Source of the DNA: Dendrobates tinctorius
Lineage: Eukaryota
DNA length: 64,000 nucleotides
Direction of reading: 5' to 3'
Assembly: GCF_039654945.1 (NCBI RefSeq)
Contig: NW_027361937.1
Span: 9,610,001-9,674,000, forward strand
Shown here: one piece after another, positions 1 through 10,766 of the stretch
Position numbering within the stretch: the stretch's first letter is position 1
Layout: every line of letters begins with the position of its first letter
Translations under genes and position numbers: made by a program
Notes under the pieces: model-generated
Seen by the model: the letters and a program-made list of their open reading frames with translations, nothing else
What the model was told of the DNA's origin: nothing
Databases searched by the model: none

Positions 1-430
1 TTTGGAGAACCCCTGATGTGCCTAAACAGTGGAAACCCCCCACAAGTGACCCCATTTTGGAAAGTAGACCCCATAAGGGACTTATCTAGATGTGTGGTGA
101 GCACTTTGAACCACCAATTGCTTCACAGAAGTTTATATCGTAGAGCCGTAAAAATAAAAATCATATTTTTTTCACAAAAATGATCTTTTCGCCCCAATTT
201 TTTATTTTCACAAGGGTGACAGGAGACATTGGACCCCAAAAGTTGTCCAATGTGTCCTGAGTATGCCTATACACCATATGTGGGGGTAAATCACTGTTTG
301 GGCGCACAGCAGAGCTTGGAAGGGAAGGAGCACTGTTTGACTTTTTCAACGCAGAATTGGGTGGAATTGAGATCGGACACCATGTCGCGTTTGAAGAGCC
401 CCTGATGTGCCTAAACAGTGGAAACCCCCC
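1..430 (-). repeat. ~390-bp satellite unit(s) internal to the TTAA element
   Basis: CCCTGATGTGCCTAAACAGTGGAAACCCCC recurs at ~11 and ~400; reverse complement matches the units at 61432-64000. Confidence 0.85.
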
Positions 431-434
431 AATT

Positions 435-727
435 CTAACTCCAACCCTAACCCCAACACACCCCTAACCCTAATCCAAGACCTAACCATAATCCTAACCA
501 CAAACCTAACCTTAATCCCAACCCTAACCCAAAACCCTAACCCCAACTCTAGCCCTAACCCTAACTTTAGCCCCAACCCTAACCCTAACTTTATCCCAAA
601 CCCCAACCTTATCCCTAACATTAGCCCCAACCCTAACACTAACTTTAGCCCCAACCCTAACCCTAACTTTAGCCCCAACTCTAACCCTAACTTTAGCCTA
701 ACTCACTTTAGTCCAACTCTAACCCTA
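435..727 (-). repeat. Degenerate telomere-like (CCCTAA)n tract with 18-bp variant unit CCCTAA-CTTTAG-CCCCAA
   Basis: Direct reading; explains the low-complexity PN/LG ORFs 346-678 and 407-745. Confidence 0.9.
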
Positions 728-1312
728 GTGGGAAAATGGAAATAAATACATTTTTTTATTTTATTATTTTTCCCAACTAAGGGGGGGGGGGGGTTTGAGT
801 TACTATTTTTTTTATTTTGATCACTGTGATAGGGTCTATCAGAGTGATCAAAATGAACCAATAGGAAGAAATCTCCTATTGTTACTGGGTGCCAGCCAGC
901 AGATCTCGGCGGGTGCACTGTGCATGCGCCCGCCATTTTCTCCCAGAAGAAGAAGCCGGTTGCCCGGGGGACTTCAGGGGGGGCTGCAAGGACAAAAAAG
1001 GTACCGGGGGTGACCGGGGGACCAGGGGACCCTATTTCTCTCTCCTCTGATGTGTGACGATAGAGAAATTAAATGGAAAATCAGAATTTTTTTGTGGTCA
1101 CCGTAAAACCGTTAATAATGGCAATCGCAACACCGGGGCCGGTAAAAATCGACCCTAATCATGTTCTCTGGGGTCTCGGCTACCCTTGGCAACCGAGACC
1201 CCGGAGAAATTTCGACGCTCGGGGGCGCTATAACCTTAAACCTCAGCGCTGGAGTTTAAGTACCCTTAACTGCTGTCGTTAAAAGGCGTTTGGCCGGTCG
1301 TTAAGGGGTTAA

Positions 1313-1550
1313 ATGTAACTCTCATCATTCCCCCCTGCTCGTGCTAATCGCCGGCAGAGCAGGGGAGAATGACGAGAGTCGTGTTCAGCACCCGGCGCCG
1401 GGGAACAGCGCTTACTGCAACTCTTCTTCCCTGACGCCCGTCCGTGTGGTACTGATGCATCACAGACATGCCACACGTGTGCCGCAAGTATTACACACAC
1501 GGACACTGACATCTCCAGTACCGGAAATATCAGGATGTGTGAAAGAAGCC
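1313..1550. mobile_element. Right half of a PIF/Harbinger-type MITE, probably interrupted by the TTAA element
   Basis: Ends GTGTGAAAGAAGCC|TTA, the TIR type shared by other TWA-flanked MITEs here; no left arm in the window. Confidence 0.5.
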
Positions 1551-1873
1551 TTAGAGCGGGTTTTTATGCTTGGCAGCTGTCACATGCTAAAAGACGCTTT
1601 TTATTGCAAAAAATAGTTTTTGCATCACCACATTTTGAGAGCTATAATTTTTCCATATTTTGGCCCACAGAGTCATCTTTTTTTTTTCATCTACATGAAA
1701 AATGGACCAAGTTTAATTAGTGATTTTCATCAGAGTGTCATCAGATTTTGGTCAGAGTTTCATCAGTTTTTTCACTGATGAGAAAAAAAAAGTTTCTCCA
1801 CCTTCTCCTATCAGTTAGTGAAAAACAGACAGCATATCAATGGCAGCCGAATGCTGTCACATTTTTTCACTTA

Positions 1874-2055
1874 AGCCATGTTCACACGATCAGTTTTTGG
1901 TCAGTATTTTACCTCAGTACATGCAAGTCAAAATCAGGAGTGGGTGATAAATACAGAAGTGGTGATGTGTTTCTATTATACTTTTTCACTCCTGGTTGTG
2001 GCTTACAAATACTGATGTAAAATACTGAGGAGATACTGAACATGTGAATGTGGCC
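1874..2055. mobile_element. PIF/Harbinger MITE, CAGTATT family (parent of the 105-bp satellite)
   Basis: Termini GCCATGTTCACAC...ATGTGAATGTGGCC; long imperfect inverted arms. Confidence 0.75.
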
Positions 2056-2353
2056 TGACCCATAGACTTGATTTGACACTCTTATCAATAGCGGACATTT
2101 TCCCTGTGATTTTGCATGGACCACTTGATCTGAGGAAAAAACCTGACACGTGAACATAGACTGTCATAGGTGCGAGTGCTATCTGTGGAAAACTGATGTG
2201 TGAAGGCGCCCTTAGCATGTGATATATTTCATTGCATGGAGATACCAGACTGTGACTGATTGTTAATATAATAGGATTCTAATAAATGACTTTTTTTGTC
2301 CATTTTTGTCTAAAGCAAAATATATCTTGAAAACAATGGTATTTGCATATTTA

Positions 2354-2548
2354 AGTCACGTTCACACATTCAGTATTTGGTGAGTTTTTTTTACCTCAGT
2401 ATTTGTAAGCCAAAGCCAGGACTGGAACAATCAGAGGAAAAGTGTAATGGAAACACGTCACCACTTCTCGATTATCACCCACTCCTGGTTTTGGCTTATA
2501 AATACTGAGGTAAAATACTGACCAAATACTGAACACGTGAACGAAGCC
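2354..2548. mobile_element. PIF/Harbinger MITE, same family, opposite orientation to 1874-2055
   Basis: GTCACGTTCACAC...GTGAACGAAGCC|TAA; core is the reverse complement of the 1874 copy. Confidence 0.75.
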
Positions 2549-2594
2549 TAAAGGAAAACACTGAAAATGCACAAAAAATAAGGCCACGTGCACA

Positions 2595-3130
2595 ACCTCG
2601 GGGACCGGACCCCGGCCTTGCGCTTAGAACTTGGGAAGGGTTCTTCTCTAACCCTGGTCCTTGTTCTTTTATTCTCCTCACGTTCCGTACTAATCCTTTC
2701 CTTCTTATGGAGAGTCAGGCTTTCTTTCAATGTTCCTTTCTTGTGCCAGCAGACCCAGCTCACTGAGGTCGGCTGCAGCACTTCCTTCCATCCATCCCAC
2801 TCAGGGGATCTCCTTTCACAGACTGACGTCGTCAAACTCCTGTGACTAACTAACTGCCTAAATCCTATCCTCTTCCCGCTCTTTTTATGTAAACTCAGCT
2901 CCACCCACCTCCCAGCACGTTTCGTGTTCCAAGCAGGGAGCCACCAAGGGGTGCTTTTCTATAATCCAAGCAGGGAGCCGCCGAAAGGTGCTTTGCTACA
3001 CTACTTTGTGGTGTGGGATGCATGTGTTGGAGTGTGGTCAGGTGTCTTCACCTTACCTGGATGGTGGGGTACCACACCTCAGGAGGAGGTGCAGTACCTC
3101 TGTGGTGACTGAACCCTCAGGGGCGCCACA
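2595..3130 (-). mobile_element. Solo-LTR-like insertion splitting the left TIR of a third MITE copy
   Basis: Removing 2595-3134 restores GGCCACGTGCACAGACTGAGTATTTGGTGAG. CACA is duplicated at 2591-2594 and 3131-3134. Minus strand begins TGTGGCGCCCC, but the far end is not CA. Confidence 0.45.
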
Positions 3131-3179
3131 CACAGACTGAGTATTTGGTGAGTTTGTTACCTCAGAAAGTGTAAGCTAA

Positions 3180-4540
3180 AACCAGAATAGAAACACGTCA
3201 CCACTTCTGTATTTATCACCCACTCTTGGTTCTTACAGATACTGAGGTAAAATACTGACCAAGTACTGAACGTGTGCACATGGCCTAATAGAAACACGTC
3301 ACCACTTCTGTATTTATCACCCACTCCTGGTTTTGGCTTACAGATACTGAGGTAAAATACTGACCAAATACTGAATGTGTGCACATGGCCTAATAGAAAC
3401 ACATCACCACTTCTGGATTTATCACCCACTCCTGGCTTTGGCTTACAAATACTGAGGTAAAAAACTCACCAAATACTGAGCATGTGCACATGGCCTAATA
3501 GAAACACGTCACCACTTCTGTATTTATCACCCACTCCTGGTTTTGGCTTACAGATACTGAGGTAAAATACTGACCAAATACTGAATGTGTACACATGGCC
3601 TTATAGAAACACGTCACCACTTCTGGATTTATCACCCACTCCTGGTTTTGGCTTACAAATACTGAGGTAAAAAACTCACCAAATACTGAGCATGTGCACA
3701 TGGCCTAATAGAAACACGTCACCACTTCTGTATTTATCACCCACTCCTGGTTTTGGCTTACAGATACTGAGGTAAAATACTGACCAAATACTGAATGTGT
3801 GCACATGGCCTAATAGAAACACATCACCACTTCTGGATTTATCATCCACTCCTGGTTTTGGCTTACAAATACTGAGGTAAAAAACTCACCAAATACTGAG
3901 CATGTGCACATGGCCTAATAGAAACACGTCACCACTTCTGTATTTATCACCCACTCCTGGTTTTGGCTTACAGATACAGAGGTAAAATACTGACCAAATA
4001 CTGAATGTGTGCACATGGCCTTATAGAAACACGTCACCACTTCTGGATTTATCACCCACTCCTGGTTTTGGCTTACAAATACTGAGGTAAAAAACTCACC
4101 AAATACTGAGCATGTGCACATGGCCTAATAGAAACACGTCACCACTTCTGTATTTATCACCCACTCCTGGTTTTGGCTTACAGATACTGAGGTAAAATAC
4201 TGACCAAATACTGAATGTGTGCACATGGCCTTATAGAAACACGTCACCACTTCTGGATTTATCACCCACTCCTGGTTTTGGCTTACAGATACTGAGGTAA
4301 AATACTGACCAAATACTGAATGTGTGCACATGGCCTAATAGAAACACGTCACCACTTCTGGATTTATCACCCACTCCTGGTTTTGGCTTACAAATACTGA
4401 GGTAAAAAACTCACCAAATACTGAGCATGTGCACATGGCCTAATAGAAACACGTCACCACTTCTGTATTTATCACCCACTCCTGGTTCTTACAGATACTG
4501 AGGTAAAATACTGACCAAATACTGAATGAGTGAATGAGGC
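3180..4540 (+). repeat. 105-bp MITE-derived tandem array (~13 units) with 210-bp A/B higher-order period
   Basis: TGGCCT(A/T)ATAGAAAC starts at 3281, 3386, 3491, 3596, 3701, 3806, 3911, 4016, 4121, 4226, 4331, 4436. Each unit ends in the MITE TIR plus TAA/TTA. Confidence 0.95.
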
Positions 4541-5974
4541 CTGAGCAAAAAAGGCATTCAGGGTAAATTATTCTTCTTTTCTTGATGAACACATGCTCAC
4601 AGTTCATTTGCATTAATACAGAGTTCTCGAGGGCAGAAAACACTGGAAACCTTCGTATTTGTCTCATTTCCATTCTTTCTGTTTCTAAACCTGCCACAGC
4701 CAATTTGATGGGATTTACACGCAGGACAGACATAGGAATCTGTTACTCTGACCCGTCTCTTGTGCTCTTGTTTTGCTTGAACTCTAGAATATAACAGCTG
4801 CTGTCTCCGGTGCCCTACAGAGATCCATTCCACATCGCCTGCCTAGCAACTAACCAGCACAGTCACCTTGCTCTTGCATCAGACACAATAGGACAAGTGG
4901 CTCTTCATGGAATACTTTTAAAAGTGAACAACAGGAAATATTTAACATATATTTTCTAACTTATTTTTTTAAATACACAGTTTGTAGCTCAGAAGGATAG
5001 CAGACAATCAGCTGTTTTCCTCACCCATTGTATATGGATTGGAGCAATGTACAGTTAATACTTAGGGCACCCTCTTATCCGGCGTAGAACAATTACCTAT
5101 TACCAGTGCCAGCATGCTTGGAATACTGGAGCAGATTTAATATTGTGTGTGCATTGACTTTGGCAGAAAATGAGGATGCTTTTTTGGCACACATAGTCTT
5201 GTCTCGTTTTAGACCTACTTATTATGTGATGTGCCTTCATGGGATGTGCATGGCTTGACTGGAAAGGTGAGTATGGTTTAAAATGCGACGTTGTGCCAAA
5301 ATGCACCAAAATTTAGACATAAAGTAGGCCAGCCAAGAGGTGGTGTAACCCTTACAGACTCCGTGCACAAACTTTACAGTTGTGAAATGGTATAGAAAGA
5401 AATCCAAAAAGGTATTGAGTATGGCTGGATCAACGAAAGTGTTAGCAAAATCTTCTGAAGGCCTTCATATACATTAGACTAAAGTCGGCTGAACCCTTTG
5501 AGAACATTTGGGCGCCCTGGTAAGTCAGTCCAACTTTAGCTCCCTTGACTTTAACATGGTTAAGGATATTTCTTGGCGTGGCTTGATATTACTAATGGGT
5601 GCAGATGCGTAGTTCGGGGCTCTCTGCATACTTTGTCAAAATGCGCCTGGTTAGATCTTGAGATTGAGTAAAGGACATTCGGGATACCTAGTCTGTTTTA
5701 TTACAAGACTTGTACTCTACTAACATATGGTGCAAAAATCATCTGTGAAAGAAACAGATACTTGTTGATGGACTAAATGCTGTTTATTCCTTTTCTTATT
5801 GAAGCCGTCTGGACTACAGGGTGGAGAGGGGGAAGGTGGGGGACTTTGTTTTTTTGTTTAATGTTTGTATTATTATCTTAAAAATGCATCATTAAATGTT
5901 ATCTGATTTTAAAAAAAAAGGTATCTGAAGCTGCTGATATTGGAAGGTCATTCAACAATCTAATGTCTTTGTTC

Positions 5975-6570
5975 ACAAAACATGTTAACTAAATACTGTA
6001 TATTATTTTCATGTACTATGCTATTTTTTTACTGTAGGGTATTTGATCATTATGCTTCTGTTTTTGTTTTTTTCTGTTCAGTGGCCAGTGTGAACATGCG
6101 CTTATACGCTGCATGCACTCCAGTTTCTATCCCAGTTCATACCTTTGGGTTTTTCCTGTTTGCATTATGTGCATATAATGATTTGGACGGGCTTTTTCTT
6201 GAGCTGGGTATTATTTATTTGGTCTCTCTCGGCTGTGTGTCCACTAATTGGGCTCAGTCCATCTCAGCCCTTACATATACATGCATGTCACTTGACAAAC
6301 GGTAAGGTTTTAATATTAGAGTTAGAACTGTCCCAATTACGGTCACCTTGAATAGGTAGGATGGCTTTCGCTTTTTTTTTTTTTTAAATCAAAAATCATG
6401 TTAACTAAATACCTTATATTATTTCATGCACTATGCTATTTATTTAGTGTACGGTATTTTATCATTATGTTTCTGTCTTTGCTTTTTTTCTGTTCAATGG
6501 CCAGTGTGAACATGCGCTTATACGCTGCATGCACACTAGTTTATATCCCAGTTCATACGTTTTGGGTTTT
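5975..6570 (+). repeat. Element with ~175-bp direct repeats (5975-6153 / 6391-6570); probable non-autonomous Penelope-like remnant
   Basis: Both copies contain CATGTTAACTAAATAC...GGCCAGTGTGAACATGCGCTTATACGCTGCATGCAC...CCCAGTTCATAC. Motifs are shared with 36000-36790 and 54985-55430. Confidence 0.55.
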
Positions 6571-6735
6571 TATCTAATGTTTATGAAGCCTCCTGAGTCT
6601 TCCCCCAACAGATGATGCTAGGGAAGAGAAGGATCGGAAAGTTGGAATTAGAGCGGCCAATCCTTCTGTTCCTATTTAAAAGACAAGTTCACTCAGCTGA
6701 GTGCTATGTCTATGGGTCTTTTAGATATCTGTTCT

Positions 6736-7014
6736 CAGGATCAGACTGGGGTGCCAAGGGCCCATCAGTAGCAGTGACCCTGGAGGCCCTTCTGCTTCAT
6801 GCAAATTACTCTCATTTACAAACTTGCCTTTGCTTCTATATAACAATATATTAGACAGAATATTAAATGAATGATGAGATGCTGTCATGGTTTGTACATA
6901 GCAAATCATGATAATTGTGCCAACTGTTGCTTTTATACAGAGTTGGGGGGCCTTCTCCTGTAATGGGGCCTACCGGGGGATTCACCTGTTCTCCTGGAGG
7001 CAAGTCCGAGCCTG
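6736..7014. mobile_element. hAT-type MITE
   Basis: CAGGATCAGACT...AGTCCGAGCCTG termini; 8-bp TSD TCTGTTCT/TCTGTTCC. Confidence 0.65.
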
Positions 7015-7304
7015 TCTGTTCCCATTATTAATATTATAAACTCAGTCCTATCCAATCATTTTGATATTTTGAAAGTAATTATTAATGTTCCTTATTGGTT
7101 TAGTTGCCCAAAAAATGTACTATGATTATAAGTGTTAAAAAAAGTCAAACTCCTTATAGGTTTGAGCTGTTATTTGTGGGAAAACCTGGCAGTTGGTATC
7201 TATTTCCCAGAACCATTGTGCCATGTCCATTTAAATCAGGGTTGTCTGTGTAATCCAGGGCAGGTCCCCAGAGCAAGAGACACTGTAATGCTGCCGATTG
7301 ATCA

Positions 7305-7609
7305 GTGCAGATTTTGCAAAATCCGCAGGTCAAAAGACCTGCGGTTTATCTGCGGATTAGCCTGTGGTTTTGCCCTGCGGTTTATCACCTCTACAATGGA
7401 GGAGATGGTAAACCGCAGCGGAATCCGCAGAAAGAATTGACATGTCAATTCTTTCTGCGAAATAGAAACCGCAGCAAATCCGCACCGTCTGCACTGCGGT
7501 TTCCATTTCCCATAGGATATTACGGTACTGTACACCGCAGCAGTTTGGATCCGCAGGGCCGAAACCGCTGCGGATCCGCAGCAGAATCCGCAGCGTGTGC
7601 ACACATCCT
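7305..7609. mobile_element. Harbinger MITE, CCGCA/TGCGG family (left end lost)
   Basis: Ends GTGTGCACACATCC|TTA; homologous to 13555 and 49160 copies. Confidence 0.7.
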
Positions 7610-7826
7610 TACTGCTCTCCACTCAGTCTAAAAAATGGAGGTCCTGAACTGAGGACCCATGCACTAATTCCGAAATTCCTAATCATGCATATTATAGACC
7701 CTCCAAACTCGGCAACCCCTTTAACAAGATCTGATTGACATTGTCATTATACTGATCAATTCAGTAAACGTATTTTGCCAGTTGTATCGGTGATTTTACA
7801 GCAGGACTAGTGAGATATATTACTAA

Positions 7827-8231
7827 GGGTCCCGTTACATTTAGCGATGCACCAGCGATCCTGACAACGATACGACCTGGTCAGGATCGCTGGTGCATCG
7901 CTAAATGGTCGCTAGTGAGCTGCCAAACAGACAGATCTCCCCAGCGACGCAGCAGCGATAAGAGATCCGTCGGCGGTCGCTCTTACCTGTCACACCGTAG
8001 CGATGACGAAGACTTCCGCCTGCGTCCATGCGTCACTAGTCGGCGCCAGCGGGACGCCAAGGAGGAGAAAATGGCCCAGGACATTTGAGCACGATCAGCG
8101 ATGTCCAGTGGGGGGCCGATCGGAGGTACGTGTCACATGTAGCGAGATCGCTAGCGATATCACTGTTGCGTCACAAAATCGGTGACGCTTTAGCGATATC
8201 GCTATCGATATCGCTATGTGTAAAAGGCCCC
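7827..8231. mobile_element. Harbinger MITE, AGCGAT/ATCGCT family
   Basis: TAA|GGGTCCCGTTACA...TGTAAAAGGCCCC|TAA; 3-bp TSD. Confidence 0.85.
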
Positions 8232-9378
8232 TAATAAATGTACGGGTTATGTTGCTTTGGTACTATAGTCACAAATGCTCAGAGACGCCACCGGACTTTG
8301 CTTGGTGACTTTTTCACAGTTACATGTAGCCTTAGGGTTATATTGTAAGTTAATTAAATCACTATGTTAATTGGAGACCCCATACACATACAGATTGAGT
8401 TTACTAGAGAGGTATTCTGAAAAGCAGCTGCTATTTGTTGGACAGGTAAATGAGCCTTCCAGACTGCGCATTTGTATAGAAAGCTGTTACCACTGTGAAT
8501 CCCGCACTAGGTGGAGCTGCAATATTTGTCTTCCAGCGGGGGAGCACTGTCACTGCACTGTAATAATGGCTAATTTTCACTTCGCAATGTAAAAGTAAAA
8601 TATATAACAAGAAAAGTTTGACTTTTTGGTTTCAGCAGAGAAAAATAATGTTTGCAGGAATTATACCAAACCTATATTCTACTACATGTAGCAGCAAAAA
8701 GAATACAAAAGTCCCATTTTAGACAAGAAATGCAGTGTTCATCAAAATTCGTCATTTACTTTTTGATAATTAAGTTGGTATTCCTTATTTTGTTGTTGTT
8801 TTTAATAAAGAATGGCTTAAACTATACAGAATCGAAGCGAGAAAAATTGTTGCACTTGAAAAATTATGGAAGAATTCTCTCGTACGGCACTTTCCCCATA
8901 CGGCCTTGTGCACATGCCGTGGAGATTTTCTGCTGAAAAATCAAAATGCGATATCTGCATAAAATATTTTGGCAGATCTGTTGCATGAGTCCTAATAATA
9001 ATCCATGGAAAATAATTTTCAAACAGGTGACAATATCCTCTGAATGTTGGTTCCTACTGGTATACTTTTGAGCCAAATTGTTGACGTATCAATTCTCTAA
9101 AACCATATCAGATCTTCCAATCTATGCATGATTTTTTGGCAGCATGTGTATGTCTCGTTTTTTGAACCCCAGTCACATGCAGAAGTGGCGTTGTGTAGAA
9201 AAAGCATTAACGGGAAAACATCCTGTTGCCTATATAATCGGAAAATGCTCGTTAATCGGGTGAAATGATCTTTTTGTGGTGCACAAAAGATCGTCTTTCT
9301 CAGTAGCACATCAGCTTGCGCAAATGAGAACAATAGCAGCCTATACATAACTGATCGATCTATAACAGCCATCCGATG

Positions 9379-9649
9379 TAGTGATGAGCGAGTATACTCG
9401 TTGCTTGGGTGTCCTCCAAGTATTTTGGCGTGCTCGGAGATTTCGTTTCTGTCATGATTTGCGGCTGCTGGACAGGCTGAGGAATGCCTGTTTGTTAGGG
9501 AATCTCCACATGTATTCAGGCTGTCCAGCAGATGCAAATTGTGCAGCTGATACGACAAAATCTAAATCTCCAACCACACCGAAATACTCGGAGGACACCC
9601 GAGCATGCTCGGGAAACCCCCCAGCAACGAGTATACTCGCTCATCACTA
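9379..9649. mobile_element. hAT-type palindromic MITE (TAGTGATGAGCGA termini)
   Basis: 27-bp perfect TIR TAGTGATGAGCGAGTATACTCGTTGCT; 8-bp TSD ATCCGATG/ATCCGGTG. Confidence 0.85.
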
Positions 9650-10755
9650 ATCCGGTGTAAACAGGCTAGTAAATGACCACTGATCAGGAAACAAGCAGCT
9701 GGTCAGCAGTCATCAGTGTCCCAGGTTGGCCCGTGTCATCAGACCCTCAGTTTCTATATTTTGTATAGCTTGTATCATATTGATTACAATTCTGTCTTTA
9801 TACTTGGGGGTCCAGTGGGTGGTCCTATTTATTGACTGGCAGATGAGCATTCATACTGAGATATCTTGCAATCATATCAGTCCACCCACTAGACTCATAA
9901 AGATAACTAGAGCAGACCTTTCCATGTATGAATTACAACGTCTATAGTTTTCTGTGAAAAATGTCCTTGTATTTCAGTCCACTGTGATCATGCTCCTCTA
10001 TGAAGCCGGTAGAATTATATAACATTTTGGTTGTGATTGGCTCCCTTTAAAGTGACAATCCACTGATCATAATTTTTCGAGCATTGATCCATAACGACTG
10101 TACTCTCTTGATAAACGCCTGGAAAAACATACTGCAAAAATTGAATTTCGTTTATTTTTTTCGTGTGCGATGCCATCGGTGTTGTGGTCACAAAACTCAC
10201 ACATTGTCCTAATTGCAGAAAAGCAATTGATTACTTTCCCGTTGTCACACCGTGTCAACATCATGGGCGATTTAACAACTCATCAGTTTATACAATAGCA
10301 AGCGACATTTTTTAATACATGCGAAAAAAAAAAATAATTTTACACTATGGAAGTGAAACTTGAATAAAGACGTTTGCATGGGACTTTTTGAAGTGGGAAT
10401 TTCTTCCTTTTTTAAATTCCGCTCTAGAGCTAAACAGGTCACTGGCGTGAAATAGGTTAACCCCCCCTTCTCCTCCTCCTCTGTGAGCTGTGTGCAGGGC
10501 AGGTTCCAGCTCTCTACAAGCCATTAGATGGGGGAGGATGTACTGGGAGTGGAATCAGATTACACATCCTGCCTGGGAAGGGAGAGCCTGACTCACAGGG
10601 AAGGGGGGAGTCTACTATCTGGCCACTTTGTCAGATCATTGCTTAGTGATCACAGCAGCACATCCAACAGGACTGGGGCAATCAACAAGTCGGTAGACTT
10701 CCCATTCACTTCAGGTAGACTTTCCTACTGGACAATGTGAGGGGAGACATAAAAA

Positions 10756-10766
10756 ATGGCTGATAG
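10756..10766 (+). CDS. Putative first coding exon (M-A-D-R split codon) of the ARHGAP39-like gene
   Basis: AAAATGG Kozak context; ATG GCT GAT AG followed by consensus donor GTAAGT at 10767. Phase 2 matches acceptor tgtag|G at 44697, giving [14 protein letters not shown]. In-frame TGA at 10738-10740; lies in a repeat-free block. Confidence 0.7.

Larger units (their letters stand above)
1..1308 (-). mobile_element. End of a large non-autonomous piggyBac-type (TTAA) element carrying a satellite and telomere-like repeats (Tx1D-like architecture); continues off the window
   Basis: Ends ...GGTCGTTAAGGGG|TTAA (TTAA at 1309-1312). Reverse complement CCCCTTAACGACC matches the terminus CCCCTTCACGACC at 60250. 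Internal order (terminus, subterminal hairpins, telomere-like tract, satellite) is the same as in the 60250 element, inverted. Confidence 0.75.

Noticed and set aside
346-745. Gly-Leu and Pro-Asn repeat proteins
   Set aside because: Translations of the telomere-like hexamer tract.
3180-4540. CRISPR-like regular array
   Set aside because: Units are identical end to end with no unique spacers, derive from a neighbouring MITE, and there are no cas genes; the context is eukaryotic.
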